DNA of 64,000 nt from Hypanus sabinus (lineage: Eukaryota), in the NCBI RefSeq assembly GCF_030144855.1, contig NC_082724.1, positions 47,058,001 through 47,122,000 on the forward strand, written 5' to 3'. Both the position numbers and the translations under genes were made by a program. The notes beneath the pieces were generated by a model. It was not told where the DNA came from. It was given only the letters and a program-made list of their open reading frames with translations, and ran no database searches. Below are positions 25,440 to 39,683 of this stretch, piece by piece. Each line of letters opens with the position of its first letter. Positions within the stretch are counted from its first letter, which is position 1.

Positions 25440-26220
25440 TGCATTTGGGAAAGGTTCTTTAAAGATCAAAATAAATTGTCAAGGAATGTATACACTATCT
25501 TATACAACCCTGCGATTCATTCTCTTGAAGGTGTTTGCAGGAAAAAAGAAATACAGTAGAATTAAATTAAAAAAAAACATACATAAACAGACAAACATGA
25601 GAAAATCTGCAAATGTTGGAAATCCAAAGCAACACACACAAAATGCTGGAGGAACTCAATAGGCCGGGCAGCACCCTAATGAAGGGTCTCAGCCAAAATG
25701 TCGACTGTTTACTCTTTTCTATTAGTGCTGCCTGGCTTGCTAAGTTTCTCCAGCATTTTGTATGGGTTGCCATAAATAGGTGAATACTGACAAACAACCA
25801 ATGAGCAAATAAAAATGATGTTGAGAACATGATTTGTAAAGTATCTTTGAAAGTGAGTCTGTACATCATAGAGTCAGTTTGCGGTGAAAGAAGTTATCTG
25901 TGCTAGTTCAGGAGTCCGATGGCTGTAGAATATTAACTGTTCTTGAGCATGGTGATGTTACCTCAGGCTTCAGTACCTCCTCCCCAATGGAAGTGCTGAG
26001 AAGGGAGCAAGACCAGCATGGTGCAGCTCTTTTACAATGGATATTGCTTTCTTGTGGATGCATGTGAACATACTCCATGATGGGAAGGGCTTTTCCTGTG
26101 ATGGGCTGGACTGTATTCATCACTTTTCATAACCTTTTCTATTCCTGGATATTGGTATTTCCATACCAGTCTGTGAGGCAAACAGATAAACTATTCTCAA
26201 CTGTGTTTCTATAGAAGGCT
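25440..26220 (-). mobile_element. Rex1-like LINE 3' fragment containing a palindromic PLE insertion (25597-25770)
   Basis: Minus-strand VQPITGKALPIME; the PLE arms acacaaaatgctggaggaact / agtttctccagcattttgt are inverted. Confidence 0.7.
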
Positions 26221-26279
26221 TCAGGTTTTAGTGACTATTTCAATTAGAAAATAGCAAAAGAAAATCCTTTAATTAAAAA

Positions 26280-27750
26280 GGACTGAGGCAGAAGCATTCA
26301 ACTTAACAAATGTTATTTGGAAAATATTAGAAGCTGTAATTAAAGTGTTTGGCGAAAACCTAGGTAATCAGACTAAATCAACATGGTTTTGAGAGAGAAA
26401 TCATCCTCCACTAAATTATTAGAATTGTTTGAAAAATTAATGTGGTGCAGATAAAGAATAACCAGTGAATTCAAAGGTTGTTATAAAAATAGAAGAACAT
26501 GGTGTAGGAGGTATCAGTGCGGAGAGAAGATTAGCTGACTAGAAGGAAAAGAAATAATAGGTAAAAGTGTCTTTTTCTGGGTGGCAAGATTTAAATACTG
26601 ATGTGGCAGGTTATAAGAAATTCACTGGACTAGTTCGTGATATAAGCAGAATTTTGAGTTCCTTAAGAAATTGGATTGGTACTCCTTGACACTTTGAAGA
26701 ATGTGGTGTGATTTTATTAAAGTACCTAAGATCCGAAGGGGACGTGACGGACCCATAAACAAGGCATAATAGTTCTAAGACAGGGAGGCAATGTGTTGGT
26801 ATTTCCTCCCATAGAATGTGAGGAATCTCTGAAATTGCCTGCTCTGTAGGGATGTGGAGGCTAGATTGTGAAAGATTTTGAAAGAAAATGTTGATAAATA
26901 TTTGAATGATTTCAAAAATGAGGCCATTGGGATCTGGCATAGAAAAGGAGTTGAGCCAAGTGTAGATCAGCTATGATTATGTTGGGTAGCAGGGCAGACT
27001 TGTGGGTTTTTATGGCTTACTTCAGAGCTTCTTTTGTGTCCTTATGTGCCGCAGGCACCAGTTCTGAGAATTCAACTCTTTACCATTTATTTAAATGTCC
27101 TTAATGATAAGACCAGTGGAATGGTTTGTAAATTTGCTGCTGGCACAAATACAGTTAGGAAAGTAAAGCATGAAGAGGACATATGCAGGTTACAGGAGGA
27201 TAAACATATGATAAGTGACTGGGCAATGATCTGCTAAATGGGATTATAAGGTTGTAATATGTGAAATTGTCTACTTTGGCAAGAAAAATAAAAAGGAAAT
27301 GTCAGTAGGGAGAGATTGGAGAGTTATGACATACAAAGGAATCAGAGTTTTCCAGTGCTTGATTCACAACCATCCTGCATACAAGAAGAGGAGGTAACAA
27401 ATAAATTCAATAATATTACTCTTTCTTGCAAAGGAAGTTAATACACAAATATATATATCATGATACAAAGCATTGGTGAGAACACCTGCAGGGTGGTGGA
27501 TGCAATGCAAGACTCAAACACAAAAAACATTCTTCTATTAAGTATGAAAAAAGTTTTACAAGATTAATATTTGGAATGGCCAGTTGTCCGAGGAAAGGTT
27601 GGGCAGTGTTTATTGGAGTGAAAGAAAAGCTGACATGTGAGATTATATTGTGTCTTGACAGGGTGGATGTTAACAAAGTGCCAATTTAAGGTACAGCTGA
27701 GGCAAAATGTTTTCCCTCAGGGTTGTGAGCTTTTGTAACTCTCTTCCTGA
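26280..27750 (+). mobile_element. Old CR1 remnants (two nested pieces)
   Basis: Degenerate QHGF, LFTIYLNxL, CKFAxxT, RLQED motifs. Confidence 0.6.
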
Positions 27751-27794
27751 TTGGAAGCAGGATTTCTGGTGACTATTTTTATGATTAAAGATAA

Positions 27795-27980
27795 AGAAAA
27801 TGAGCTTTATTTATCACATGACTTTGAAACATACAGTGAAATGTGTCATTGCGTGTAAACAACAAACACAGCTCGAAGATACGCTGGAAGCAGCAGCAAG
27901 TGTCTTCGTGCTTCTGGTACCAACATAGCATGCTCTGAACTTACTACCCCTTACCCATGCTGCTTCTGGAATGTGGAGGT
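27795..27980 (-). mobile_element. SINE fragment (same family as 39400-39683)
   Basis: Shares gctttatttntcacatg, gaaatgtgtcatt, catagnatgc and tggaatgtggagg with 39400-39560. Confidence 0.6.
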
Positions 27981-28439
27981 GATAGTTTACTTGGGGGGGG
28001 GGGGTGGAAGTTCAGAGCTGAGGATCCAATCAGATTTAACACAATGTTCTCAATGAACAAGCATGCCCTTTGAGTGGTCTTCTCCTACTCAAAGTCATAT
28101 GTCCACATGGTCTTGCATTACAGCTATGACTGCACATTAAAAAGAATGTGGATGACTGTAAAGTGGTTTGAGGCATACTAAAGTTGGGAAAGATCATATC
28201 TAAATGAAACAACAGGAAACCATCCAGCCCCTCATACCTGCTTCGCTTTTCATGAAGAATATGGTATTGAGATAGCAGGTCAGCTAAGACCATGTTCAAT
28301 GGCAGCGACAGCTTGAAGAGTTGTGCTTACCTTTTAACCTACTCCTGGGATCAATTTAACCCTTCTCTCCTACATAGCTCTCTATTTTTACTCTTGTATC
28401 GTTTTACCTGCGTTAACCAATCCTCAGAACATGCCAATA

Positions 28440-28733
28440 TATTTATTTATTTATTTAGTGATGCAGAGCGGTATAGGCCCTTCATGCCACATAGCCCCAG
28501 CAACCTCTAACAAACCTGATTGACACTAACCTAATCTCGGGACATGCTACAATGATCGATTAACCCAACTGGTACATCTTTGGGCTGTGGGAGGAAACCG
28601 GAGGACCCAAAGAAAACCCATGCATTTCACAGGGAAGATGTACAGAGAGTCCTTACAGATTTGTGCTGGAATTGAACTCCAAACTCCAGAATACCCTGAG
28701 CTGTAATAGTATCACGCCAACTGCTATGCTACC
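28440..28733 (-). mobile_element. tRNA-derived V-SINE-like element
   Basis: Minus-strand B-box ggagttcaattcc (~28668-28680), central tgggttttctttgggtcctccggtttcctcccaca, (taaa)n tail. Confidence 0.75.
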
Positions 28734-29778
28734 TGGTTTCCCTGGTAATGCTGTTCATTCTAATTTTATTTTTTAATCTTTTATGCAGAAAATTGTCAAA
28801 GGTATTAGAAAAGTCCAAATAAACTACATCACCTGGTTTTCTTTATCTTTTCTGCAGGTTTAAAACTGCCAAAACAAATTCTAGCTCATTTGCCAAATAT
28901 GATTTCTCTTCCATAATTTCAAGATGATCCTGGCTAATCCAATTACAGGTATTATTTTCTAAGCCCACAATACTGTTTCCTTAATAATAGGTTCCAGCAA
29001 TTTTACTAGTATAGCTATAACAACAGAGGATTTCCCCCTTTTCCCCTTTTTACTAAGAACAGATACTCAAACAGTTAATAGCCATCATCATTTGGTAAAG
29101 TTTACTTCAAGCAAAACATAAATTAACAATGTATAAGCATATGAAGAGAAAAAGGTTAAGGGAATATTTAAGAGAATATGAGAAGGAAGCCCAGAGGGCC
29201 TCCCAATCATATTTTGCAAAGCTCACTTTCTAACCATAGCAGCTGTCACTTTTGAGATCAAACAAGTTAAAGTAAACTTCTAACTAGTATCCTTTGATTA
29301 ACTTGTGATCATAAAGAGAAGCTAGTCTTGTTCTTAAAATATATGTGGAAATTAGTAATCAGCTTTTAGTTAAAAACAGAACTTTGCAGACAAGCATTGC
29401 TTATAGCTCTTACCTTGTTGCCCAGAGGTGTAGTTTAAGACAAAAGGTTGTTTAATTTGGCTTGTTTCAAAACAGACGAGAGGGCTAAGTTGCTTAATTC
29501 AAGGATGTTCGCAGAGTAGATGGATAACAATGGGTGCATGTCAAATAACTGATCTGTTAAAGTTCGGAGTTGTATTTACTCAAGGTTTCCAGCACTAATT
29601 TTGGAAATGTGTTTCCCAAAAAAATTTAGACTGTGTAAAAAGGGTACCTGAGGAAACATCATACATGTGTGAAGTCAACCAAGTGTCTAAGATATAGTAT
29701 AAATGTAGAAAGCAATTCAGCTTTACAGTGATGTAAAATGAATTACAGAGGCAAGAGAGAGGAATTGGCTATAATTCA

Positions 29779-32491
29779 TAGAACCATAGAACATTACAGA
29801 ACAGGAACCGGCCTTTTGGCCCTTTGTAGCTGTGCCAAACATCTTTCAGCCTAGTTCCACTGACCTGCACCTGGGCCATATCCCTCCAAACCCCTCTCAT
29901 CCATATTCCTGTCCAAGTTTTTCTTAAATGTCAAAAATTCATGGAAAAAAACACTGGCAGTGGTGACAATAGAGCAGCAATGGCTGGAATTTGTGGATAC
30001 AATTGGGAAGGCACAAGAAATGTACATTCCAAAGAGGAAAAAGTATTGTAAAGGAAAAATGCCAGAAATGTGGCTAACAAGAGAAGTAAAAGCCAAAGAG
30101 AAGGAAGGCATATAATAGAGCAAAAATGAGTGAGAAGTTAGAGGATTTGGGAAGCTTGTAAGCAACAGAAGGCAACTAAAAAGTCATTAAGAAGTTACAG
30201 ATGGAATCAAAAGTAAGCTAGCCAATAATATTAAAGAAGATACCAAAAGTATCTTCAGATACTTAATATGTAAAAGAGAGGTAAGAGTGGATGTCAGGGT
30301 TCTGGAAAATGATGCTGGAGAGGTAGTAATGGGGGGCAAGGAAATGGAAGACGAACTGAACCAGTGTTTTGCAATACACAAAATGCTAGAGAAACTCTGC
30401 TGGTCAGGTAGCACCTATGGAAAAGAGTACAATCAACATTTTGGGCCAAGACCCTTCATCAGGATAGAGAGAAAAAAAAGATGAGACAGAGTAAGAGAGT
30501 ATGGGGAGCGGAGTAAGAACCACAAGGTGATAAGTGAAACTGAGAGGGCGAGGGAAGAGTGAAGTAAAGAGCTGAAAAGTTGATTAGTGAAAGAGGTACA
30601 GGGCTTAGGAAGGGGGAATCTAATAGGAGAGGACAGAAGGCCATGGAAGAAAGAAAAGGGGAGGCACACTAGAGGGAGGTGATAAACAGGTAAGGAGATA
30701 AGGTGAGAGAGGGAATGGGAATGGGAAATGCTGAAGGAGTGGAACGGGGCTTTACCAGAAGTTCGAGAAATTGATGTTTATATCATGTTTGGAGACTACC
30801 CAGAGGAAGACAAGGTGTTTGCATCAGCATTCATGGTGGAAGACACTAGCAGTATGATGGAAGTTCCAGGCGTCGGATACAATAAAGTGTATGAAGTTAC
30901 CATAACCAGAGAGAATGTTCTTGAGAAACTGAAAGTTTTGAAAGTAGGTAAGTCACCTGGACCAGATGGTGTACTCCCTGGAGGAGTGACTGAAGAGATA
31001 CATTAGTGAGGCATTAGTAATGTAAAAAGAATTACTAGGTTCTGGAATGTCTTCAGAAGACTGGAAATTTGTAAATGTCACTCCACTCTCCAAGAATGGA
31101 TAGAATGAGAAGAAAGAAACCTATAGGCAAGGTAGTCTGACCTCAGTGGTTGGGAAGGTGTTGGAGTCAATTGTTAAGGATAAGGTCTTAGGGTGCAGGG
31201 ATGCACATGATAAAATAGGCCATTGTCAGCATAGTTTCCTCAAAGGGAAAATCTTTCCTGACAGATCTGTTGGAATTCTTTGAAGAAATAAGAAGCAAAG
31301 TAGTCAAAGGAGAATTGGTTGATGTTGTGTACTTGGACTTTCAGAAGGCTTTTGACAAGGTGCCTCACATGAGTCTCCTTAACAACCTGCAGGCCAATGG
31401 TATTACAGGAAATACAGTATGGATAAAGCAGTGGGTGATTGGCAGGAGGCAAAGAGTAGGAATACAGGGAGCCTTTTCTGACTGGCTTCTGGTGACTAGT
31501 GGTGTTCTACACTGGTCTATATTGAGACTAATTTTTTTTACAATATTTGTCAATGATTTGGATGATGGAATTGATGGCTTTGTTGTGAAGTTTGTAGATG
31601 ATATCAAGACAGGTGGAGGGGCAAATAGTTTTGAGGAAGTAGAGAGGCTACAGAAGGACTTAGACATATTAGGAGAATGGGCAAAAAACTGACAGATGGA
31701 ATATAGTTTAGGAAAGAGTATGGTCATGCACTTCGGTAGAAGAAATGAAAAGTTTGACTCTATTTTCAAAATGGAGTCAAAAAACAAAAAAAAAGGTACA
31801 AAGGGACCTGGGAGTCCTTGTGCAGGATTCTCTAAAGGTTAACATGTAGTTTGAGTCTATGGTGAGGAAGGCAAATGCAATATTAGCATTCATTTAATAT
31901 AAAAGCAAGGATGTAATGTTGATAATTTTTAAAGCACTGGGAAGGTCTCACTTAGAGTACTGTGAGCAGATTTTGGCCCCTTATCTCAGAAAGGATGTCC
32001 TGAAACTGGAAGGGGTTCAAAGGAAGTTCACGAAAATGATTCCAGGATTGAATAGCTTGTTATATGAAGAGCGTTTGATGGCTCCGGGCCTGGATTCACT
32101 AGAATTCAGCAGAATGAGGGTGAACTCATTGAAGCCTATTGAATAGTGAAACACCTTGATAGACTGGCTACGAAGAGGATGTTTCCTATGGTGGGGGAGT
32201 CTAGGACTAGAGGACACAGCTTCAGAACAGAGGACATCCTTTTAGAACAGAGATAAGGAAGTATTTCTTTAGCCACAGAGTGTTGAATCTGTGGAATTCT
32301 TAGTCAGCTATGGAGGCCAAGTCTTTATGCATATTTAAGGCAGAAGTTGATAGATTCTTGATTGGTCAGGGGATGAAGGGATTCGGGGAGAAGGCAGGAG
32401 ACTGGGGCTAAGAGGAAAATTAGATCAGCGATGATGAGATGTCACAGCATACTCAATGGGTCAAATGGCTTAATTCTGCTCCTATATCTTA
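29779..32491 (+). mobile_element. Long CR1 ORF2 remnant (29936-32491, +) preceded by an inverted CR1 tail (29779-29935, -); contains a PLE piece
   Basis: KSPGPDG, VVYLDFQKAFDKVPH, KFVDD, HLEYCEQ, CR1 tail; flanked by tggctataattca / tggctttaattca. Confidence 0.9.
30374..30818 (-). mobile_element. PLE terminal fragment inserted in CR1
   Basis: Reverse complement of the PLE terminus: purine-rich tract plus hammerhead-like motif at 30430-30465. Confidence 0.8.
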
Positions 32492-33129
32492 TGGCTTTAA
32501 TTCAAGCTTATTAGGAGGGATGAGTTAAGGAACATCAAGGAACTTGGAAGAAAGGCATGGTGAACTAGAATCCATTCTTTAGCTTTGATTTCTGTGATAG
32601 ATGGTTTGTTTGTCAGCATCGGTGGTATGTCTTTTTACTTTATAGGAGTTATACCTGTGTTTTAGAAATCCTTTGTGATTTAGAAAGGCTTTGTTCTGTG
32701 CTTTAGAAATGGATTTCAATTTGGAAATGTTTGAGATGGAAATCCTCTGAGTTTTAAGTGTGCTTTAAAATGTTTAGATTTAACTATGCATCACTGAAAA
32801 CAAATGAACTGTGTATTAAATTACTTTGTTAGCTGGAAGTATCTTTTCCTTAGTGTTGAGTGAGGGACCACCACTCGAACAGTGGGCATTGGCAGATAAA
32901 CTCACAATGGAGAATAAACAGGGAATTAGTCTTTGAAGATTGGGTAGTTACAGTATAATTTCTCTCATGAGAATTCTTGAGGCTATTTATATCTGATATG
33001 TCTTAAGGTCTTAATTGAGGTTAGAACATCACCTTCTGCAAACCCAATTCCATTGTAAAGCAAGCCAGATTGAAGAGCGTTTTTAATATGTTATCAAAAT
33101 ATGAAATGCCAAAAGACCTGCAGTGTCAG

Positions 33130-34700
33130 AATATAGAACATAAAATATAGAACACTACAGCACAGGTGCATTGTCTCCCTCCCCCAAATCTGTGCTGACC
33201 ATGATGCAAATTTAAACCAATCCTGCTGGCTCATCGATCCATATTGCTCCATTCTTTGCTTGTTCATGTGCCTATCTGAAGGCTTCGTAAATGCTACTGT
33301 CATATTTTCTTGTACCTCTACCCCTAGCAACCAGTTCCAGGCCTATAAAATTCTCTGAATACAAATAAACCTCTCATTTAAACTCCTGTTATGGCAAATC
33401 TTCCTCAAACTCTCATAGTTCCAGAACACAATCAGGAAAGCTCACCAACGTTGAACAGAGCTGGACTATGCACATCTACTGCATACTCAGTCATTCTAAA
33501 GATGTACAGTGAAGATCATCCTGACACGTTGCATTACCCACAGTATGGAAACTGCACTATGGTGGACAGGAGCGCTCTACAAGGGCAGTCAAAACTGCCC
33601 AACACAAAACTGACACCAGCCTTCCCACAATCAAAGACATAGGTACAGAAATATGCTGGAAAAAAGGCCAGTAACATCATGAAGGATCCCACCCACCATA
33701 ATCCTGGCCTGTTGGTCTCCCATCAGGGAGGAGGTTATGTAACATCTGCAGCCAGACCACCAGGCTCAAAAGCAGTCACTTTCCCCAAGCAGTAAGGCTC
33801 AATCGACTCCTCCACCCACTAACCCACACCTCCAGCCCCACCACCACTACTTAATCATTTCCTGTCAGTGTCACCTTACGTATAAACACTCCTGTGCTTC
33901 CTGTCACTTTATGGACATACGATCAACCTACGTATATAAACTATCTTATGTATTAATATTCATTGTTCTTTTTTATTATTGTGCTCTTTATCTTACCATT
34001 TTACTTTATTGCTGCATTGGATTACACCTGTATACTGTAAATGCCATTAAACAATCATAAATTTCTCTCACCTTAAAGCTATTTTCTCTCATGTTTGCCA
34101 TTTATGTCCTGGGGATATGATTCTGCATATCTACCCTATTTATCCTCTCATTACTCTATGCATTTCTATCAGGTTTCCCCTTAGCCTGTGACACTCCAAA
34201 GAAACAAATCCAAGTTTATCCAGCTTTTCCTTACAGCTAGTACTTTCCAATCCAGGTAGCATTATGGTGAACATCTTCTGTACCCTCTCCAACTCTTCCA
34301 AAACCTTCCTGTAATTAGCAACTAGTATACACACAATACTCAAAATGTGGCTTAACCAAAGTTTTATACAGCTGCTACCCGACTTCCTGACTTCTATACT
34401 TAATTCCCCAACCAATGAAGGAAAGTGTGCCACATCCCTTATCTGTCATCCTATCTACTGGTGTTGTTACTTTCAAGGAGCTATGGATCTCGGCCCCAAG
34501 TTGCCTCCATGCATCAATGCCACAAAGTGCCCTCCCATTTACTGTATTTTTCTGTCTTACCTTTGCCCTCCTAAGTGTGACCACCTCACACATGAGCAGG
34601 TTAAATTCCATCTGTTATTTCTCTACCCAATTGTTCTATATCCTGCTGAATCCTTTAACATCTTTCTCACTGTCCATAATTCCCTCAATTTTTCAAAGGC
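33130..34700 (-). mobile_element. CR1 3' remnant (-) split by a Rex1-like fragment (+, ~33400-34060)
   Basis: Minus-strand ELERVQKMFTIMLPGLE...RLRGNLIE; the inner piece has YGNC, MKDPTH and Rex-type motifs. Confidence 0.7.
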
Positions 34701-37519
34701 ACCTAGGTGTCCTTGTACATGTGTCACTGAAAAATGCAGATGCGCAGAGGCCATTCCACCCAAATGAGGTGTCACTGTTTCAGAATAAGAAGTTAGGATA
34801 GAGATGAGGACAAATTTCTTCACTTAGAGACTGGTAAATGTGTGAAATTCTGTATCTTGGAGAATCATGGGGAGTTAATCATTGAGTTCATTCAGAAAGG
34901 ATATAACTTTGTAATTTATTTTTAAATGTAGTTAAGTGATTGACATTTTTTGAAATGTTGGCAACTTTTTTTTTACAAAGGCCGATGGTCGTTGGAGCTG
35001 ACTAAGTCAAAAGGTGTGTGTCTGATAGCAGACCTTAATTCGGCGTAACAATATAGAGCAGCAATGCCTTGCTAGTTTTGCTGAATGAATGTAAAAGCTG
35101 TCCTTCATCAGCATCACAAGAATAATGTTTTCTCATCAGGCAATGAATCCAATAATGCGTCAAAAAGTTGTGCAGTGCACAATGTACATCATGAATATTA
35201 ATAATCTGAAACGAATACAAACAGCAGCAAAATATTTTGAAAAGTACCATAAATATCCAGACCTTTGGATAAGGAGGGATTACTGTAATACCAGTTTTCA
35301 GCAGGATAGACAGATTTCTAAATAAAATAAAAATGACTCTCACGTCACATTACCCACAGTTTGCTGTTAAGTGCTGAATGGAACTCCTAGCATTTACCTT
35401 GTGAACAGCAAATACAGAATGTGCAAACACTCAGGGGCAAAAGTGACGGTCATGAACATACTAAACTATACCCATCACTGTGTCTATTAAAGGTTTTTCT
35501 CTTCCCTCTCCACTGAAAGCTGTTGGCTGAGAGTTATGTTGGCGAAATTGCTGTGGGTTCCAAGGTTCAAGATGAGCTTCAAGTTATGACCTACAGAATA
35601 GGAACTGTAGGACAGTGTGGATTGAAAAGGGAAAATTATGTTTCTTCTATTTTGTAGTCTGTTGTTGACTTTGAAATAACTTAATAGGAACTGATACTTT
35701 CTATTGGTGTTGGGGAGTTGACTACTAAGAAGGTAATTAGAGGGGTTGGATTTTGTTGAGAAGATGTGCATGGGAATTGTCAGTTATCATCATTATGATA
35801 GACTAGCTCAGCTGCAGATGTGACTGCTGTTTTAACACATTATCCTCAGTGTCTCAGCTTGGTTGCAGTCAGTCTTTAGCGTATTCTTTGCAATCAGACA
35901 GTTCCTGAACCCACTGCAATGGTTGTGGTGATAGTAGTACCACAAGAGCTGGCCAAGATGGGTTGCCATCTGTGACTTCTGGTGGAAGATATTGGCCAAC
36001 AATTCCATACCAGTGGTAGATAATGTAAGTTATTGGAACTGGCAAAACTGCAAAATGCTGATCTCATCATTGGTTAAGGCATCTCACATCTGCATTGAGC
36101 ATGCTCCTTCCATTAGTTAGTGCATTTTTCTGATTCGGCTTTGCCTAGCGAGCAATCCATTTTTGGCTTGGTGCTGCCCTTCAATAGCTATTATTAAACT
36201 TGGGTTAATCCACTGGCTTTATTGAAAGGATAGAGTGAGGAATACAAGTCATCATAGGCTTATCGATAATGATAGAATACAACTCTGCTGCTGATGGTGC
36301 ACAATAAATTGTGAATGTCCAGTTTTGAAATATCAGTTCTGTCCCTGAATTGCCCACATTTACCAACATGGTAGTGCTACAGAATGCAATGGGGGGTATT
36401 GTTGGATTCCACTGCTTTTATGATCCAAGGGTTCTTTGGAAGTCAAAAATGAGGCATAAGTCTTGTTACTTACAATCATTTTATTAAGCATTACAAGAGC
36501 AGAAAATGAATAAGAAAGAAGCTGAGAGAGCAAAGAAAATGCCAAGGGGAAAAAAGTGATTGTGGTCTTCTCATACTCAAACCAGAGATAAACAAAATTT
36601 CACTGATAACAACTACCTATAAAATAACCAATTTCAAGTTGTGTGACACCTGCTACTGAAAACTAAGAAGCTTCTGGAAAAATACAGGAGCAACTCTAGT
36701 GCAATTACTTGAAAATTCACTGAACAATCACACGTATATGTGATAATAGAAAATACAAGCAAGCAAAGGAAAATTAAAAGAAAAATGCAATTCTTCATTC
36801 TAATCTAACATTATCCTCAATGTGATATTGGAAGCTCATCCATCAAAAGACTGCTTACAAGTCACTCATACCAATGTTACATTGGTTAAATTCTCCTTTG
36901 ACTAGACTGTTGGTGAAACAAGTTCAGATAATTTTTCTCATGTCACTCTCAGGGCTTGTGCCAATTGTATCTTTAGGGCTCTATGAATGTGATCTGTAGT
37001 GGTATCACTGAGCCACTTTAAACGCCATCACCACCATCCCTTCTTATGTGTGTTCATTTTGTGCCCTAGCTACTCTGTGCTTGCAAAAGCAGTACTGAAA
37101 GTTGCTGATGTCTTGCCCATGTTTGACAGTCCTGCCATATGATGTCATTGTTCTGGAGTCAGTATTAAATACTTTGCAAAGCTGCTCCTTCCTGACTATA
37201 TTACCTCAAATGGGTCTATCCTATTCGTAAAGGTATATATACCCAGCAAAAGGGACACATGGATCCAGGACATTGCCGCAAGACGTGTCCCTCTGAATGT
37301 GAGCGAGTTAAACAGTTTTTATTTTGACCTTTCCATAGCACAAATCTCCAAATTAAGGACATCCACAGATATTTGTGGTGTGAATCTAGTGACTTTTTAT
37401 GTTTGAATATGGTGATGCCATATGTTGATGCTAGATCACTCTGGTTTTACTGCCATGGAAGTTTGCTACTGATTGACCTTCCGGACTACATCAAATGTAG
37501 ATCAGTGTAGGACAGTTCC

Positions 37520-37860
37520 TTCAACACATGATGTCTGTTTTGAGCATGATGCAGAAATGAACTAAACCCTCTTACCTTTACATGAACCATATCCCTCCAT
37601 ACTCTGGGTATTCATGTTTATCCAAACCATATCTTCTTCCATCACTATCCCTGGCAGCACATTCCAGACACCTACTGCTCGCTGTCTAACAAAAAAATCT
37701 TTATGTGCTAATTCTCATTAAATGTTCTCCCTCAAACCTTAAAGCTATGCCCTCTAGTGTTTAACATTTCTACCCTGGAAAAAGTTTTTGATTGTCTAAC
37801 ATATCAAATGCCTCTCATGAATCTTTAAACTTCTATTAGGTCTTTCCACAGCCTCCAATG
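37520..37860 (-). mobile_element. Old CR1 3' remnant
   Basis: catatccctccat, accttaaagctatgccctctagt (reverse complement of the TRGHxFKV-coding region). Confidence 0.65.
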
Positions 37861-39399
37861 AATCCAAAGGTGGTTAACAGTCAATGATGACTGGTTACAT
37901 TTGGGACAGAGGGGTTAAGGACAACACACTTGCGTTCCTGACACAAATGGGAGTTCACAACCATCCAGTTATTTCATGATCACTGCTAACATTGATTGAT
38001 ATGTATTAATTCCAGGTTATTTAGACAACTAAACTTGAATTGCTCACTTGTGAGGAGAATTGGTTATAAGGTTAATTAGTAGGGGAATATGATTAATCTA
38101 TGAGGTTCCATGTACTCAGATTGGCCAAAATGTATCTTTTGTCATGTGGATATAGAGGCAATATGTTAGTTCAGATATGCCCCATTATTTGGCTACTTAC
38201 AATAGCCTTCCCATCTATAAAATACCATGGTCTCATAGTGCTCTTTTTCATTAAGAAATTAAATAACCATTATTTCAGTCCTAATTTTGCCTTCCCTGCT
38301 ACTTCATTTATGAAAACATTAGTCATGCTTATGGAAAGGCTAGAACAGTTTTACCATGAGCCAGTCCACAGGAAATTTAATGGAGTTTTTATTGAGCTGT
38401 GAGAAAGAACATGAAAAACACAGAAGGCTACAAACATAAAAAATATCAAGAGGGACTTCATTGAGGCACATAAAATATTAAATGGTGCAGATAGTTAAGA
38501 GAATATCTGGATTAATAGTTTAGGTGAAGCCTGGAAGGCAGCAGCCAAGTACTTCAAGGACAGGCGTGGCTTCAAGTAACTATTGTTTCAAATCACCTGA
38601 ACCAGAAATGGAAACAATAGCACTGAGCAGTGTAGGTCAATGAGATGAAAGCTTGACAGTGAGCTGTGAATGGAAGTATTATAGCCCCCTTCTTGGAATT
38701 ATTTTTTTTGTTGTCAAACAGATCTGGAGTACCTGGTATTTGTTTTCTTTTGTTAAATCCTCAGTTACAATTTCTTCCCCCAACCCTTGTCACATTTCAG
38801 AAAAATGGAATTCTGATGTTCCTGGGGATGTTAAAGAATCTCAGAGTCAGTTTGAGCAGGATTTAAAGCCAAGTGCTCAGTTAAGCAGAATTTATGTGGT
38901 GTCTAAATGGGAAAGCTCCCCAAAATATAGATGTGATTCATGATTAATGCCCCTTTAATGGTTTTCAACTCTATGCTGCTCGCTCATTTAGAATTCAGCA
39001 GAAGGCCTCCAGTGCTAACAGTGATGTTGGGTGAATCTGTGGCACAGCCTGCTCAAAGCCATCCTGTACTCCTTGCAGGAGGAGGCTCATTGTGTCTGTT
39101 GCTGGTGCAGAGAGACACTGAGGGCATCTTTGCAAAGAAAAGGAGCAACACAATGAAGAATACATTCCAGGATATTCCAAATTTGCCCTATGGGCTTGAA
39201 GGAAAGAGGTATTTATGGTGATTAAGGACGGAGTGTTAGCATCTGATGCAGAGCCACAAGCATGTTTCAGTGGTCCCACACTCATTATGAAGGCCAGCTA
39301 TGTACTTGGTCCCTCTATTCCACATGTACCCTTAGGCCTAGTTATTCACTTTACAGCTCCAATCCTGGTGTGAGTTCCCAAAATGCGACACAATACTTA

Positions 39400-39683
39400 A
39401 AGATAAATATTAGCTTTATTTGTCACATGTTCATTAAAAGATGGAGGGAAATGTGTCATTGGCATTAAATTAAATCGTGGGATTGTGTTGCCAAGCTTCA
39501 GGCGCCAGCATAGTATGCCCACAACTCACTAACCCTAACCATACAGGTTTGGAATGTGGAGGGAAACATTCAGAGGATACCCACCACAGCACAGGGGGAA
39601 GGGGCAAACTCCTTACAGACAGCAAACCCCAATCTTAAGCTGGCATTGTAAAGCATCGCATTAGTCGCTATACCACAGTACCT
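39400..39683 (-). mobile_element. V-SINE-like element
   Basis: tttggaatgtggagggaaac...caaactccttacagacagc core resembling 28579-28660. Confidence 0.65.

Noticed and set aside
29000-33090. Flanks of the long CR1 (29000-29765, 32505-33090) as a solo LTR
   Set aside because: No TG...CA ends, TSD or PBS/PPT could be identified.
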